From contig OZ360241.1 of the NCBI GenBank assembly GCA_977017645.1, positions 59,024,001 through 59,088,000 of the forward strand: DNA of 64,000 nucleotides, read 5' to 3'. This DNA comes from Torpedo marmorata. Taxonomy: Eukaryota. Both the position numbers and the translations under genes were made by a program. The first letter of the stretch is position 1. Each line of letters begins with the position of its first letter. Below the pieces are notes generated by a model. The model saw only the letters and a program-made list of their open reading frames with translations, did no database searches and was not told where the DNA came from. Positions 23,688 through 35,046 of the stretch are shown here, one piece after another.

Positions 23688-25392
23688 GTGAGATATTGTG
23701 CCTGGCAGCATCTCGTCTTCCCTTTCTCACCGGCAGAGTCGAAGAACTTTACAGGGTATCTGGAATTTACAAACTGTCTCTTCAGCTAACGTCCAGCCAT
23801 GGATTAAAATTTGGAAACAACACACACATGGTTTTTATAATACTCAACCTACGAGGGATTTATCCATCCCATTGAATCTGTGCTGACTCTTTGAAGACTC
23901 TAAAGTCCCACTCCCTCGTTCTTTCCCCTTAGCCTGACAGCCTGCTTCCCTGTTAAGTATATTTCAACAATACATGGATATGAACGGTTTAGAAGCATAT
24001 AGGCCAAATGCAGGCAAGTGGGACTAGCTCTGATAGACAATGTGGTCAGCAAGGATGAGTTGGGCCGAAGGACCTGTTTCTGAGTTGTATAGCTCAGTGA
24101 TTATTCCTCTAAAATTCTTTTGGACGTCGCATTTGTGATAACCCTATGGATCTCTTATCAGATCACCCTGAATCTGTGTCCTCTCACCATCAACTTATTT
24201 CACTCTGGAAACAATTTCTCTATAATTACTCTGCCAAAACGTCTCATTACTTTTAACACCTTATTAAATCTTCTCTTTAAGCTCTCAGTTCTAAGGAAAA
24301 CAGCCCAAGCTTATCCGGTCTCTCCACATTAATTGAAGGCCCTCATCCCAGGGAACATTCAGATAAATCCCCTATGCATCCTCTCCAAGGTTTTGACATT
24401 AATCCCAAGGTGTGTTGCCAGAAATGAGCAAAATCCTTTGGTTGCAGCCAAACTAATGTTTATAGAGGATTATCATAACTTCCTTGCTGTAGTAGGTGCC
24501 TCCCGCAAGATATAGGGTCATGAAGATTTGCTTTTAATTAGCCTTCTCGACCTAAACTGCCAACTTCAAAGACTGGTAACAAAACCCCAACTCTCTCTAC
24601 TTCTGGCCCTGTTTTAAAATTGTATATTTAGTTTATGTTGTCTCTCATTCTTCCTACTAAAATATATCACTTCATGTTTCTAATTTAGTCTTCCATTTGC
24701 TGTCCATTCCTCGAGCTATTTACGTTTTCCTGAATTCTGTTACTTTTCTTGTCATCGTTTGTTTATTTCTGATATTTGGTTAATCTACAAGCTTTGAAGT
24801 GATGTCCACTATCCCAAGCCAGGCCACCAATGAATATTACTGGAGTGTCTCAAGAAAGGGTCCCAACCTGAAACGTTCACTGTCAATTTCTCGCCACGAA
24901 TGCTGCCTGACTCATTGAATTCCACCAGCTTCTCAATGAATTTTCCTGGACCCACTTTCCCTGATCCCACGACTCTACAGCCGAGCTGGATCCTCTCTCA
25001 GCTGATCACACATCTCTCCAGGTCACGGACCACGCAGATGTATTGTTTGTCTGAATGTGTGTTATGTCTGGTTGTATGTCTGCATGTTTTGCACCGAGGA
25101 CTGGAGAACGCTGTTTCGTCAAGTTGTACTTGTACAATCAGATGACAATAAACTTGACTTGACTTGAACCAGAACTTGAACAGAACTGGAGCTCGATGAG
25201 CTGAGGCCGATCGTGGCCTTTCCTGCTGCTCGACTAGCAAAGCCAGCCAAGACTAGGTCAAGACAAGACCTCGTCTTGACTCAGACAAGAAAAGCCAAGG
25301 CTGGTCGACTCTCACCATGCCTTGTGGCAGGAGTCATTGCCAGCCACAGCCCGCTGCATCTCACAAAGCTCTTTCATCTCTCAATGCTCCAG

Positions 25393-25582
25393 GTGGGTGA
25401 GGAGGCTTGGATTCCGGTGAAGTCCACCTGTCCCTGTGACTTTGCATTACACTTTGAGATAGCATCACGGGGCAACATCGTGAGGACAGGAGTGCAGTCG
25501 GCCAGCGTCACCCAGCAGCGCAGTAAGAGGGCCACCGTCACCTTCGATAAGAAGAGACAATTGTCACAGACCCTGCAGAACC
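25393..25582 (+). CDS. CPAMD8: CPAMD8 exon A11: [15 protein letters not shown]...QQRSKR...TLQN
   Basis: ccag|GTG; AACC|gtaagt; 190 nt. Confidence 0.93.
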
Positions 25583-25819
25583 GTAAGTCAAGGGGAGAGA
25601 CGGACTGAATGCAGGAGGAAGGGTCAGTTGGACGGAAGAAGTGATGGAAGGCTGGAGAGAGTGAGGGGAGGAGCAAGTGCCAGGCAGAGAGAGGGCTGAA
25701 TGGATGGGTGGAGAAAAGACCAGAGGGAGGGAGAGAGGATCAGGCAGAAAGAGGGTATGAGGGAGGATAAGTTGTTAAGATGAAGGGACATACACGGTAA
25801 ATAGTAGGGCACTGAGGAG

Positions 25820-27030
25820 TGCGGTAGAACAGAGGGATCGGGGAATACAGATAAATAATTCCCTGAAAGTGGCGTCACAGGTGGATAGGGTTGTAAAGAG
25901 AGCTTTTGGCATATTGGCCTTCATAAATCAAAGTATTGTACAGGAGTTGGGATGTTACGGTAAAGTTGTATAAGACATTGGTGAGGGCAAATTTGGAGTA
26001 TTGTGTGCAGTTTTGATCACCTAACTACAGGAAAGATCAATAAGATTGAAAGAGTGCTGAGAGGATTTACAAGGAAAAAAAGTAAAACACAAAAATCTGT
26101 AGACACCGTGGTTGAAGTGAAAACACAACGCTGGAGAAACTCAGCAGGTCAAACAGTGTCCTTTATACAGCAAAGGTAAAAATACATAACTGACGTTTCG
26201 GGCTTGAGCCCTTTATCAAGGTATGAAAAAATGCCGGCAGGCGTCTGAATATAAGAGTGGGGGGTGGGAGGGGAGGCGTGGTTGCAAAGGCAGGAGGTAA
26301 TAGGTGGAGAAAGGAGGGAGGGGACAGCAGCAAGCAAGGGGAGGAGGGATGGCTCTGTGAATAGAGAGGGAAGGGGGGAGGAGTGCTGAAAGGGGGAAGG
26401 GAAGAGGGGAGGGGGAAGGGGGGTGGGAGAGGAGAGAAGGTTAACAGAAACCTGAAAAGTCGATGTAGTTGGAGAGTGCCCAGACAGAAAATCAAGTGTT
26501 GTTCCTCCAATTTAGGGGTGGTCTTGGTGGGATAGTACATAAGGCCATGGACAGACATGTGTGTATGGGAGTGTGACACAGATGTTGCCAGGACTTCAAA
26601 AACTGAGTTACAGGGCAAGGTTAAACAGGTTAGGACTTTATTCCCTGGAGTGTAGAAGAATGAGGGGAGATTTGATAGAGGTATACAAAATTATGAGGGG
26701 TATAGATAGAGTGAATGGAAGTTGGCTTTTTCCACTGAGGGTAGGTGAGATACAAACCAGAGGACATAGGTTAAGGGTGAAAGGGGATAAGTTTAGGGGG
26801 AACATTAGGGGAACTTCTTCACACAGAGTTATGGGAGTGTGGAATGAGCTGCCAGCTGAAGTGGTTAATGTGGGCTCAATTTTCACATATAAGAAAAATT
26901 CAGACAGGATGGGAGGGGTATGGAGGGCTATGGACTGGATGCAGATCAGTGGAACTAGGCAGAATAATAGTTCGGCACAGACTAGAAGGGCCAAAGGGCC
27001 TGTTGTCTGTGCTGTAATGTTCTATGGATG
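25820..27030 (+). mobile_element. CR1 LINE 3' part split by a Penelope copy (about 26075-26580, minus strand)
   Basis: MLPGL..LSY..RL..LGLYSLE.RRMRGDLIEVYKI peptide; acaag|gatgttgcc rejoins across the insert. Confidence 0.88.
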
Positions 27031-27578
27031 CACGAGTTCCACTGATCCCCGATCCCCACTGAATAATGGGTCCGACCAAGCCCACATTTCAGCTGGGTAT
27101 GGGTCTCAGAATTGTAAAAGTCACAAGGTCCAATGGTTCCTCTAATCCAGGGAATGAGCACAGTCGTCAAGAATGACAATTCAGTTATTCAGGGAATACC
27201 ACAACATCAGAAAGAGATATTAAATTGAGCTGTAAAGGGAAAAAAGGTGTAGTGGTGAATGCGGGCTCAATTTTCACATTTAAGAAAAATTTGGACAGGT
27301 ACGTGGATGGGAGAGGTATGGAGGGCTATAGACTGGGTGCAGGTCAGTGAGACCAGGCAGAATAATTGTTTGGCACAGTAGAAGGGCCTGTTTTCTGTGC
27401 TGTAATGTTCTATGGTTCTAAGGGAATGGGCAGCCGGAGAGAGGGAAAGGAGGATCGGACAGAAGGAGGGAGGTTTGGACAGTGGGATGGTGAGAGGAAA
27501 GGTTAGATGGAGTGAGGTGACTGGTCGGAGGGAGAGAGAATCAGATGAACGGAGTTGAACCTCCTGCTTTCTTCTCAG

Positions 27579-27751
27579 AGCGATCCACGTCTCCAAGCAG
27601 TGAGGTTGGTGTGTGTACCACCTACTTGCAGTTCACGGTCACGCATGATATGAGCCCACTCAGCCGCTTGCTCCTGTACTACGTGCGAGAGAATGGTGAG
27701 GGCATCACCGACAGCATCCAAATTCCAGTTCAGCCATCCTATGAGAACAAG
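27579..27751 (+). CDS. CPAMD8: CPAMD8 exon A12: (Q)RSTSPSSEVGVC...YVRENGEGITDSIQ...YENK
   Basis: ttctcag|AG is the phase-1 compatible acceptor; AAG|gtgggt; 173 nt. Confidence 0.9.
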
Positions 27752-27874
27752 GTGGGTGAGCAACAACGTCAACCTGCATTTATTAAATCACCTGTAACAA
27801 TGTAAAAGATACCAAGGTACTTAACAGGGTTTTGCCAAATAAATTTTGACCCTGAGCTACACTTTAAGGCAGAG

Positions 27875-28400
27875 TGAAGTAAAACATGAAAGTCTGCAGA
27901 CACCGTGATTGAAGTAAAAAAACACAATGCTGGAGAAATTCAGCAGGTCAAACAGTGTACTTTATATAGCAAAGATAAAGATGCATAAGCAATGTTTCGG
28001 GCTTGAGCCCTTCATCAAGGTATGAGCAAAATGTAGGCAAGCGCCTGAATAAAATGGTGGAGGGGAGGGGCAGGGGGAGGAGCACAAGCTCATAGGCAGG
28101 AGGTAATAGGTGGATAAGGGAGGGAGGGCACAAGAGAAAACAGGGAGAGGGGGACGGCTCTGAATGGAGAGGGAACAGGGTGGAGAGCTGGAGGAAATGA
28201 GACAGAAGGATAGGGAAGAGAGGGAGAACGAGGAGTGGGCTAGCAGAAACCGGAGAAGTCGATGTTAATGCCATCCAGTTGGAGAGTGTGCAGTTGGAAT
28301 ATTAGGTGTTGCTCCTCCAATTTACGGGTGGCCTTGGTTTGGCAGTGCGTGAGGCCATGGACAGACATGTAGATGCAGGAGTGGGGCGCAGAATTGAAAT
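27875..28400 (-). mobile_element. Penelope-like 3' end/pLTR
   Basis: RKLEEQHLIF..LQLDGINIDF peptide and pLTR. Confidence 0.85.
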
Positions 28401-28836
28401 GGGCCAAGCAAAAGGGCCTATTTTGGAACTGAACAACACTGTGACCCAATGACTTAGTAGGGAAGTGGTTAAGCGAGGGTTTTAAAGAGGCAGCAAGACA
28501 CAGAGGAATAGGAGGGGAAGTTCCACAGTTTATGACCAATGCATATGAAGGTATGGCCACCATTAGAGATACGGTGATGTCCAGAATTGAGAGATCTTTG
28601 GGTTGTATAGTGGGGAGAGATTGGAAGGTGAGCAAAAGCCTTGGTGAGATTTGAAAACAAGGCTGAGAATTTTAAAGTTGGCTCAGTGCTAGCCCAGAAT
28701 CCTGCCAGGTAACCTGAACTGGATAAACCCTCCATTTGTTTTTGGGAGTGTGGTGAAGTTTGGAGAATGGGACTGGGGTGCAGGAAATGTGTTGGATTCA
28801 TGACTATTGTACATGTTCCTTTGGTTGAATGTCCAG

Positions 28837-28986
28837 GTTTCGATTTCACTCTCCTCCAATAAAACAATGCCTGGTGACCTCATCAGTGTAGCGGTGAAGG
28901 GCGAGGCACGATCGTGTGTTTGCGTGGCAACCGTGGATAAGAGTGTGTATCTGCTGAAACCTGGCTTCCAGCTCACAACTGACAAG
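28837..28986 (+). CDS. CPAMD8: CPAMD8 exon A13: VSISLSSNKTMPG...VDKSVYLLKPGFQLTTDK
   Basis: ccag|GTT; AAG|gtattc; 150 nt; VDKSVYLL motif. Confidence 0.95.
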
Positions 28987-29243
28987 GTATTCACGGCCGC
29001 CCTCTCTCCCTGACGAGGAAACCATGTCAGAATTCCTTCGGCTCTGTAAGGCTTAAATCAACCAACCACATCTATCAAACTTCATGTGTGAAACCTACTG
29101 TTGACCCCTCAGCCTTAACAGTCTTTCTTGGGGAGGGAGCTTTGGATTCCCACTCTCATCCAGGACAAAGCAGCCCACTTTACCAGCACCCATTCGCGAT
29201 CCAAAGCATTCATTTCCTCCATCATTAGATGTCTGTAGATGTT

Positions 29244-29490
29244 AAAAAAAAAAGGTAAAAGTAAAGGTTCCATTATTGTCACGTAATACTAGAATGTAAC
29301 GCACAAAATTCTTTGATATTTGTCTACCATAAGGCAGACAGAGAGTCGCTATTTTGTCCAGTGCCCCTCACAGAAACCTACAGCACCTGGTGTTCCTTGG
29401 CAGTCTCCCCTCCAAGTACTGACCAGTCCTGTGCCTGCTTAGCTTCCGAGATCAGACAATCCCAGTCGTATTCAGGCTGTTGGTGCTGTT
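29244..29490 (-). mobile_element. 5S rRNA-derived SINE (SINE3 type)
   Basis: Minus strand: tctgatctcggaagctaagcagg...ctggtcagtacttggaggggagactgcc..gaacaccaggtgctgtagg (5S head about 29375-29490) plus LINE-like tail gacaataa..(ccttta)n. Confidence 0.88.
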
Positions 29491-29890
29491 AATGTACCAT
29501 GTCTGCAAAATGCTCACCCGCGCTCCTCCAATGGCACTTTCCAAGCCTGCGATCTCTGTCACGAACAACAAAGGTGAATGGAAACCCTACTTCCTGCAGC
29601 ACACCCTCCCTGTGGGACAACTCCATGACGTGAATTACATCACCATTCCTTCAGTGTCACTGGGTCTAAACCTTGAAGTTTGCTGATCAGTTGTACTATG
29701 GGAATACCTTCACCATGATAATTGTAATAGTGCCCAGAGGTGCCTTTTCAAGGGTAGTTAGAAATGGGCAATAATTCTGAAAAATAGAATCGTATTTCCC
29801 CCCCGAACGGTCTGGTCCTCTTCATTTTCCCTACACCTCTGGCCACAGTTTCCCATCAGCTGACCTTTACCCTGTCCATTTCTTCTCTAG

Positions 29891-30049
29891 ATCTTTCAGG
29901 AATTGGCCGATTATGATGTTTCAGATGCTTTTGGAATTCCGAAGGAGGATGGTCACTTTTGGTGGCCAGGGCTGTCATCCCGAAGACGGAGATCATCCGT
30001 GTTCCCTTGGCACTGGGACATCACCAAGGATGCCCACTTCGCCTTCAGT
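29891..30049 (+). CDS. CPAMD8: CPAMD8 exon A14 with RRRR beta/alpha processing site
   Basis: tctag|ATC; AGT|gtaagc; 159 nt; RRRR at 29981-29992. Confidence 0.94.
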
Positions 30050-30415
30050 GTAAGCACCATCTCATGGCAACCTCCCTCATCTCAACTCACTCATGTCTGT
30101 TTTCAGCCTGCATTCTTCTCCCCATAAGACACAAGCTCTCACCTAGAACAAGGGTTCCCCAGACACTGACCTTTATTGGGTTGGGTCCCCCACATACTGA
30201 CTCTCACTGGGATAGGTATTTTGGGTACTGAATCTTACTGGGTAATGTTTCCACAGGCACCAGCTTGCATTGCAATATGGATTCCTCAGACACTGACTCA
30301 CTGGGGCACAGGTTCCATATATTCTTGACAACATTGCTTGAGGACGTTGGGTGCTATTCTGATCTTCTACCCAAGTCCGATTCATTAATCTGTGTCTGCT
30401 TCCATGATTACCTAG

Positions 30416-30558
30416 GAAACTGGCTTGGTGGTCATGACAGATGTGGTGAGTCTGAATCACAGACAGAATGGGGGGATGTATACTGATGAGGCTGTGCCTG
30501 GCTTCCAGCCCCATACAGGCACGCTGGTGGCAGCTCTGCAGCCAAGGATCAGCCCCAG
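30416..30558 (+). CDS. CPAMD8: CPAMD8 exon A15: ETGLVVMTD...QPRISP(R), bait-equivalent region
   Basis: cctag|GAA; CCAG|gtaaga; 143 nt. Confidence 0.93.
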
Positions 30559-31143
30559 GTAAGAAGAACTCTCTACATTTCACCCTTGGTGATTACTTGA
30601 ATGGATTAATCCTTCATTGCAAAACTATACCGTCTCCTGCTGTGCTGATGAGTTTGTCCAGCACCTCTTGGTGTAACTAACGTGTGGACTGAGTGGGACA
30701 GTGGTACTTCCAGGACATCTTTGGTTGCTGCCATTAACATAACGTATATGCTGGTGTATAAGGCGACTGGGTGTATAAGACGACCCCAGAATTTCCACCT
30801 AAAATGTAGGTTTAGAGCTATACTCGCTGTATAAGACTACCCCAGGTCTGGCACTTACCGCTGAGAACTTACTGCCCCAATAGTCCTATACCAACCATCT
30901 AACTGACCAGCACGCTACTAAGCAACACAGTCTTGGCTATTTAAAATGTAGCCAATTCATTTCAAGTAATGGCAAAATACTGTCAATTACTTACCATAAT
31001 ATGCATCAAACGTTCCCAGCTGGTGTAACGTAAACACTAGTGATATCCCTTAGGCGTCGGTTCTTTTACAGGAACAAACATGGTGTCGAGTATAATTTTG
31101 CCATTTACTTGAAATTGATTTACTGATTTACTTGTGTATAATA

Positions 31144-32294
31144 CAGTAAAATTCCCATTATCCAGCATTCAATCAACCGGAAACTCAAACAACCAGCCAA
31201 AAAAATCGAGGAAATAAATTAAAAAAAAAAGAATAAGTAAAGTTTTAAATAAAAGTTTAAAATTGTAAAAGTAAATGTTCTCCGAAGCAACACCCAACCC
31301 CATGGTGAAGATGGGAGCAAACATTCAGACAGTGGAGCGCCCCGGCCGTGCCTCACCCGCAGCAGCTGTTTGAATAAAGTTTCAATAAAGTTGTGTTTGA
31401 ATAAAATGGCGGCGCCCAAGATGATGAGCCGGCCAATGCCGCTCGCCGCTGGGGCGGCTCTCCAAAGTGTCTCCCTATCCCTGCCTAGTGAGAGTCTTTA
31501 TCTTTATTAGCATATTATTAAGTATATTAGTGAGGCTTTAACTGTAAACCTGGGGGAGGGGGGTTAATTTTGACAGCGGAACGGTTAGTGTAGCAGGTAG
31601 CGCAACGCTGTTACAGCACTCGCGAATGGGGTTCAAATTTAAAGGAAGGTGAGCCAATGCCTGACCGGGATACTGGCGTGGAGGTGAGTCGGGTTGCGCC
31701 GAGGGGCTGACCGGGACACTTGCGTGGAGGTGAGTCGGGCTGTCAGCACGGGGAAGGTGCACCGAGGGGCTGACCGGGACACTGGTGTGGAGGTGAGTCA
31801 AGTGGCGCCGAGGGTCTGACTAGGATGCAAGGATGAAGAACTGGCCGATACCGCTCGCCGCTGGAGTGACTTTCCCAAAGTGTCTCCCTATCCCTGCCGA
31901 GTAAGAGTCTATATCTTTATTAGTATTAAGTATGTTAGTAAGGCTTTAGCTGTAAGCTTGGGGGACGTAGGGTTAATTATAACGGCAGCATGGTTAGTGT
32001 AGCAGCTAGCGCATCGCTGTTACAACGCCAGCGACTGGGCTTCGAATTTAAATTTAAATTTTGTAAGTTATGGGAATTACCTGATTAAAGTGAACTTTAC
32101 ATAATTAAAGACTACAATACTGATTTTTTTTTCAAATTACTTTAAATTTTGCACTGTCATTTGTCGTTTAAACGGTGTATTCTTAATGCAGGTGTATTAG
32201 TTAGGCATTGTAACAGTGCGTCTCATTCAACCGTAAAATTTGCATTTCCAGCGTCCGCGATCCCCATAGGTGCCGGATAATGGGGATTTTACTG
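31144..32294. mobile_element. Tigger/pogo-like MITE (long form, internal duplication)
   Basis: TA|cagtaaaattcccattatcc ... ggataatggggattttactg|TA. Confidence 0.85.
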
Positions 32295-32549
32295 TATTAT
32301 ACTGTAATATATTAGAAATGTTGACAAAAAGTACACTGCAGGAATTTTCTTTAATTTATAAACTCAATCTTGCTTCACGAGACTCTCGGTAGGACTGCGT
32401 TCGGACTGTTTACACCAGTCTTTGGTCTTGTCTATTCTAGTTCATTTGATTACACCAAATGGCGACTGTTAGCTTCGTTTGCTGTGCTGTTATTTTAGGG
32501 TATGTTAGACAGGTTTATAATACATTTTATAATACAGGTTTATAATACA

Positions 32550-33520
32550 ACAAACACAGAATCCCCCTTGTCCTCACCTATCACCCCACCAGCCTCCGTA
32601 TCCAACACATTATCCTCCGGAATTTCCGGCACTTACAACAGGATCCCACAACCAGACACATCTTCCCCTCTCCTCCCCTCTCTGCCTTCCGTAGGGACCG
32701 TTCCCTCCGTGACTCCCTCGTGCACTCATCCCTCCCCACCAATCGCCACCCCTGGCACCTTCCCCTGTGGCCGCAGGAGGTGCCACACTTGCACCCACAC
32801 CTCCTCCCTCACCACGGTCCGGGGCCCCAAATAGGCCTTTCAAGTGAAGCAACACTTCACGTGTATCCGCAGGACTGATTTACTGCATCCGGTGCTCTCT
32901 TTGTGGCCTCCTCTACATCGGAGAGAATGGGCACAGATTGGGAGATTGCTTCGCTGAGCACCTTTTCTCCATCCACACCAGTGACAGAGACCTCCCAGTA
33001 GCCAACCATTTCAGTTCTGTGTCACACTTCCATACTCACAAGTCTGTCCGTGGCCTTATGTACTATCCCACCAAGACCACCCGCAAATTGGAGGAACAAC
33101 ACCTCATTTTCCGTCTGAGCACTCTCCAGCCGGATGGCATTAACATCGACTTTTACGGTTTCTGCTCACCTGCTCTCCTCTCCTCCCCACTTCCCTCCCC
33201 CTTCCCTTCCCCTTTCCAGTTCTCCTCCCTCCCTTCCCCCTCTATTCACCTAGCGATCCCTCCTCCCCTTGATCGCTGCTGTCCCCTCCCTCCCTTCTCC
33301 ACCTATCACCTCCTGCCTTTGCGACCACACGTCCCCCCCCTACTCTTGTTCGGACCCCTGCCGACATTTTTCCATACCTTGATGAAGGGCTCAAGCCTGA
33401 AACGTCGGTTATGTATTTCTACCTTTGCTACATAAAGGACACTGCTTGACCTGCTGAGTTTCTCCAGCATTTGCGTTTTTACTTCAACCACGGTGTCTGC
33501 AGATTTTCGCGTTTTACTTC
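32550..33520 (+). mobile_element. Penelope-like element: GIY-YIG endonuclease region plus pLTR
   Basis: LIYCIRCSLCGLLYIGE (GIY-YIG), FAEH, PVANHF, LEEQHLIFRL; flanked by tttataataca repeats. Confidence 0.92.
33373..33413 (+). ncRNA. Minimal type I hammerhead-like motif in Penelope pLTR (U3 variant)
   Basis: CATACC-TTGATGA-A-GGGC-TCAA-GCCT-GAA-ACGT-C/GGTTATG: helices I and II pair, helix III is palindromic ACGT; activity untested. Confidence 0.65.
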
Positions 33521-33779
33521 TTTATAATACATTTTTATTGTTTTAATATAACATTACTATTAATCCAGCTTCCCAAACGTGTTTTTGTTAAAAAATATTT
33601 AGTGGTAGGACCGTAGGAGTTATGTGAGTGTTTTATGCTGTTCTCCATTGCCATGGTGGGCACTCTAAACCACAGGATATTAAGGTTTGGATTTTATACT
33701 TGCCGTATAAGATGACCTCTGGTTTTGGGGTGACATTTTTAAGGTTCAAATTTCGTTTTATACGCCGACATATACGGTA

Positions 33780-34110
33780 AGTGACAGAGTGGTGCACCAA
33801 GTAGAACTACTCTCTCACAACGTCAGTGACTGAGCTTCAATTGTGACCTCTACTGCTATCTGTGTGGAGCTTGCGTGTTCTCCCTGTGATCATGTCGGGG
33901 ATGTCTTCTGAGTATTTCGCTTTTTCTCCCACATCTCAATGATGTATGGAATGGTAGGATAATTGGTCACTCTAACTCGCCTGACTGTAGGTGGGTGACA
34001 GAATTGATGGAAATGTGAAAGAATAATTTCCAGGGAAAATTAGTAAAGGAATGGGAATACTCTTTGAATTATCAGAGAATTGATGGGCTGAATGGTCTCT
34101 GACACAGTAT
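33780..34110 (+). mobile_element. Older, degenerate V-SINE
   Basis: ctgtgtggagcttgcgtgttctccctgtga V-domain. Confidence 0.65.
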
Positions 34111-34423
34111 GGAAATATCATATTATGAATATTTCATCTACCAGATTATCTTTCATCTCCACGGCTGATTCCAGTAACATTACAGGATCCAAGTGCGCAG
34201 AGGTGAGGATGTAGTCGATCAGCTCATCAAAAGATGGCACCTCTGGCAGTGACGCACTCCCTCAGTACTTCAATGGAGAGGCTGCCTGAGATTTTGTGCT
34301 CAACCTCCTGAACTTCAGCTATAGACCGCTGACTCTGAGGTCAGGAAGAACAATGTAGGAAAGTTCCATTAGGGAGCTGAGAGAGATTGTGATGGTCACA
34401 GTGAGGAAAGAGTATGTGGGATT

Positions 34424-34901
34424 GTACTGTGGAGAGCATTCTGACTGGTTGCATCACTGTCTGGTATTAGGTGCCACTGCACAGGACAGGAACAGGCTAC
34501 AGAGGGTTGTAAACTCGGCCAGCGCCATCATGAGCATTAGTCTTACCTCCATTAATGACATCTTTAAGAGCCAGTGTCTCAAGAAAGCAGCTTCTATCAT
34601 CAAGGACCCTCACCATCCAGGTCATGCCCTTTTCTCACTGCTACCATCTGGAAGGAGGTACAGGAGCCTGAAGACATACTCAACATTACAAAAACAGCTT
34701 CTTCCCCTCTGCCATCAGATTTCTGAATGGACACTACTTCACTTTTTCTCTTTTTTACACCACATTTATTTTTATTAAATCTTGTATTTATGGAATTGTA
34801 ATTTTATAGTAATTTTGCATCTTGTTCTGCACACAACACCGCTGCCGCAAAACAACAAATTTCATGACACGTGTTCATGACAATAAACCTGATTCTGATT
34901 C
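34424..34901 (+). mobile_element. Rex1/Babar LINE 3' end
   Basis: KKAASIIKDPHHPGHALFSLLPSGRRYRS; tail gacaataaacctgattctgatt. Confidence 0.85.
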
Positions 34902-34983
34902 CTAGGCGTGACTTGGAGGAACTCTGTCCTTCCATCGACGTTCTCCTCTCCTCTAACACATGACTGTTTTATTTTCTGCTCAG

Positions 34984-35046
34984 AGCTGAGAAGAGGAAAA
35001 GGACCTTTTTTCCAGAAACCTGGATCTGGCATTGTCTCAACGTCAG
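34984..35046 (+). CDS. CPAMD8: CPAMD8 exon A16: AEKRKRTFFPETWIWHCLNV(S)
   Basis: ctcag|A; TCAG|gtagaa; 63 nt; FPETW motif. Confidence 0.94.

Larger units (their letters stand above)
30742..33777. mobile_element. Tc2/mariner-like non-autonomous element hosting two nested insertions
   Basis: TA|acgtatatgctggtgtataag ... ttatacgccgacatatacgg|TA. Confidence 0.7.

Noticed and set aside
29375-29490. Functional 5S rRNA gene
   Set aside because: Many substitutions, fused to a retro tail, not in an array; it is a SINE head.
31660-31820. CRISPR-like repeat array (also 18698-18805 and 20600-20970)
   Set aside because: Eukaryotic intron; tandem units without unique spacers; no cas genes.
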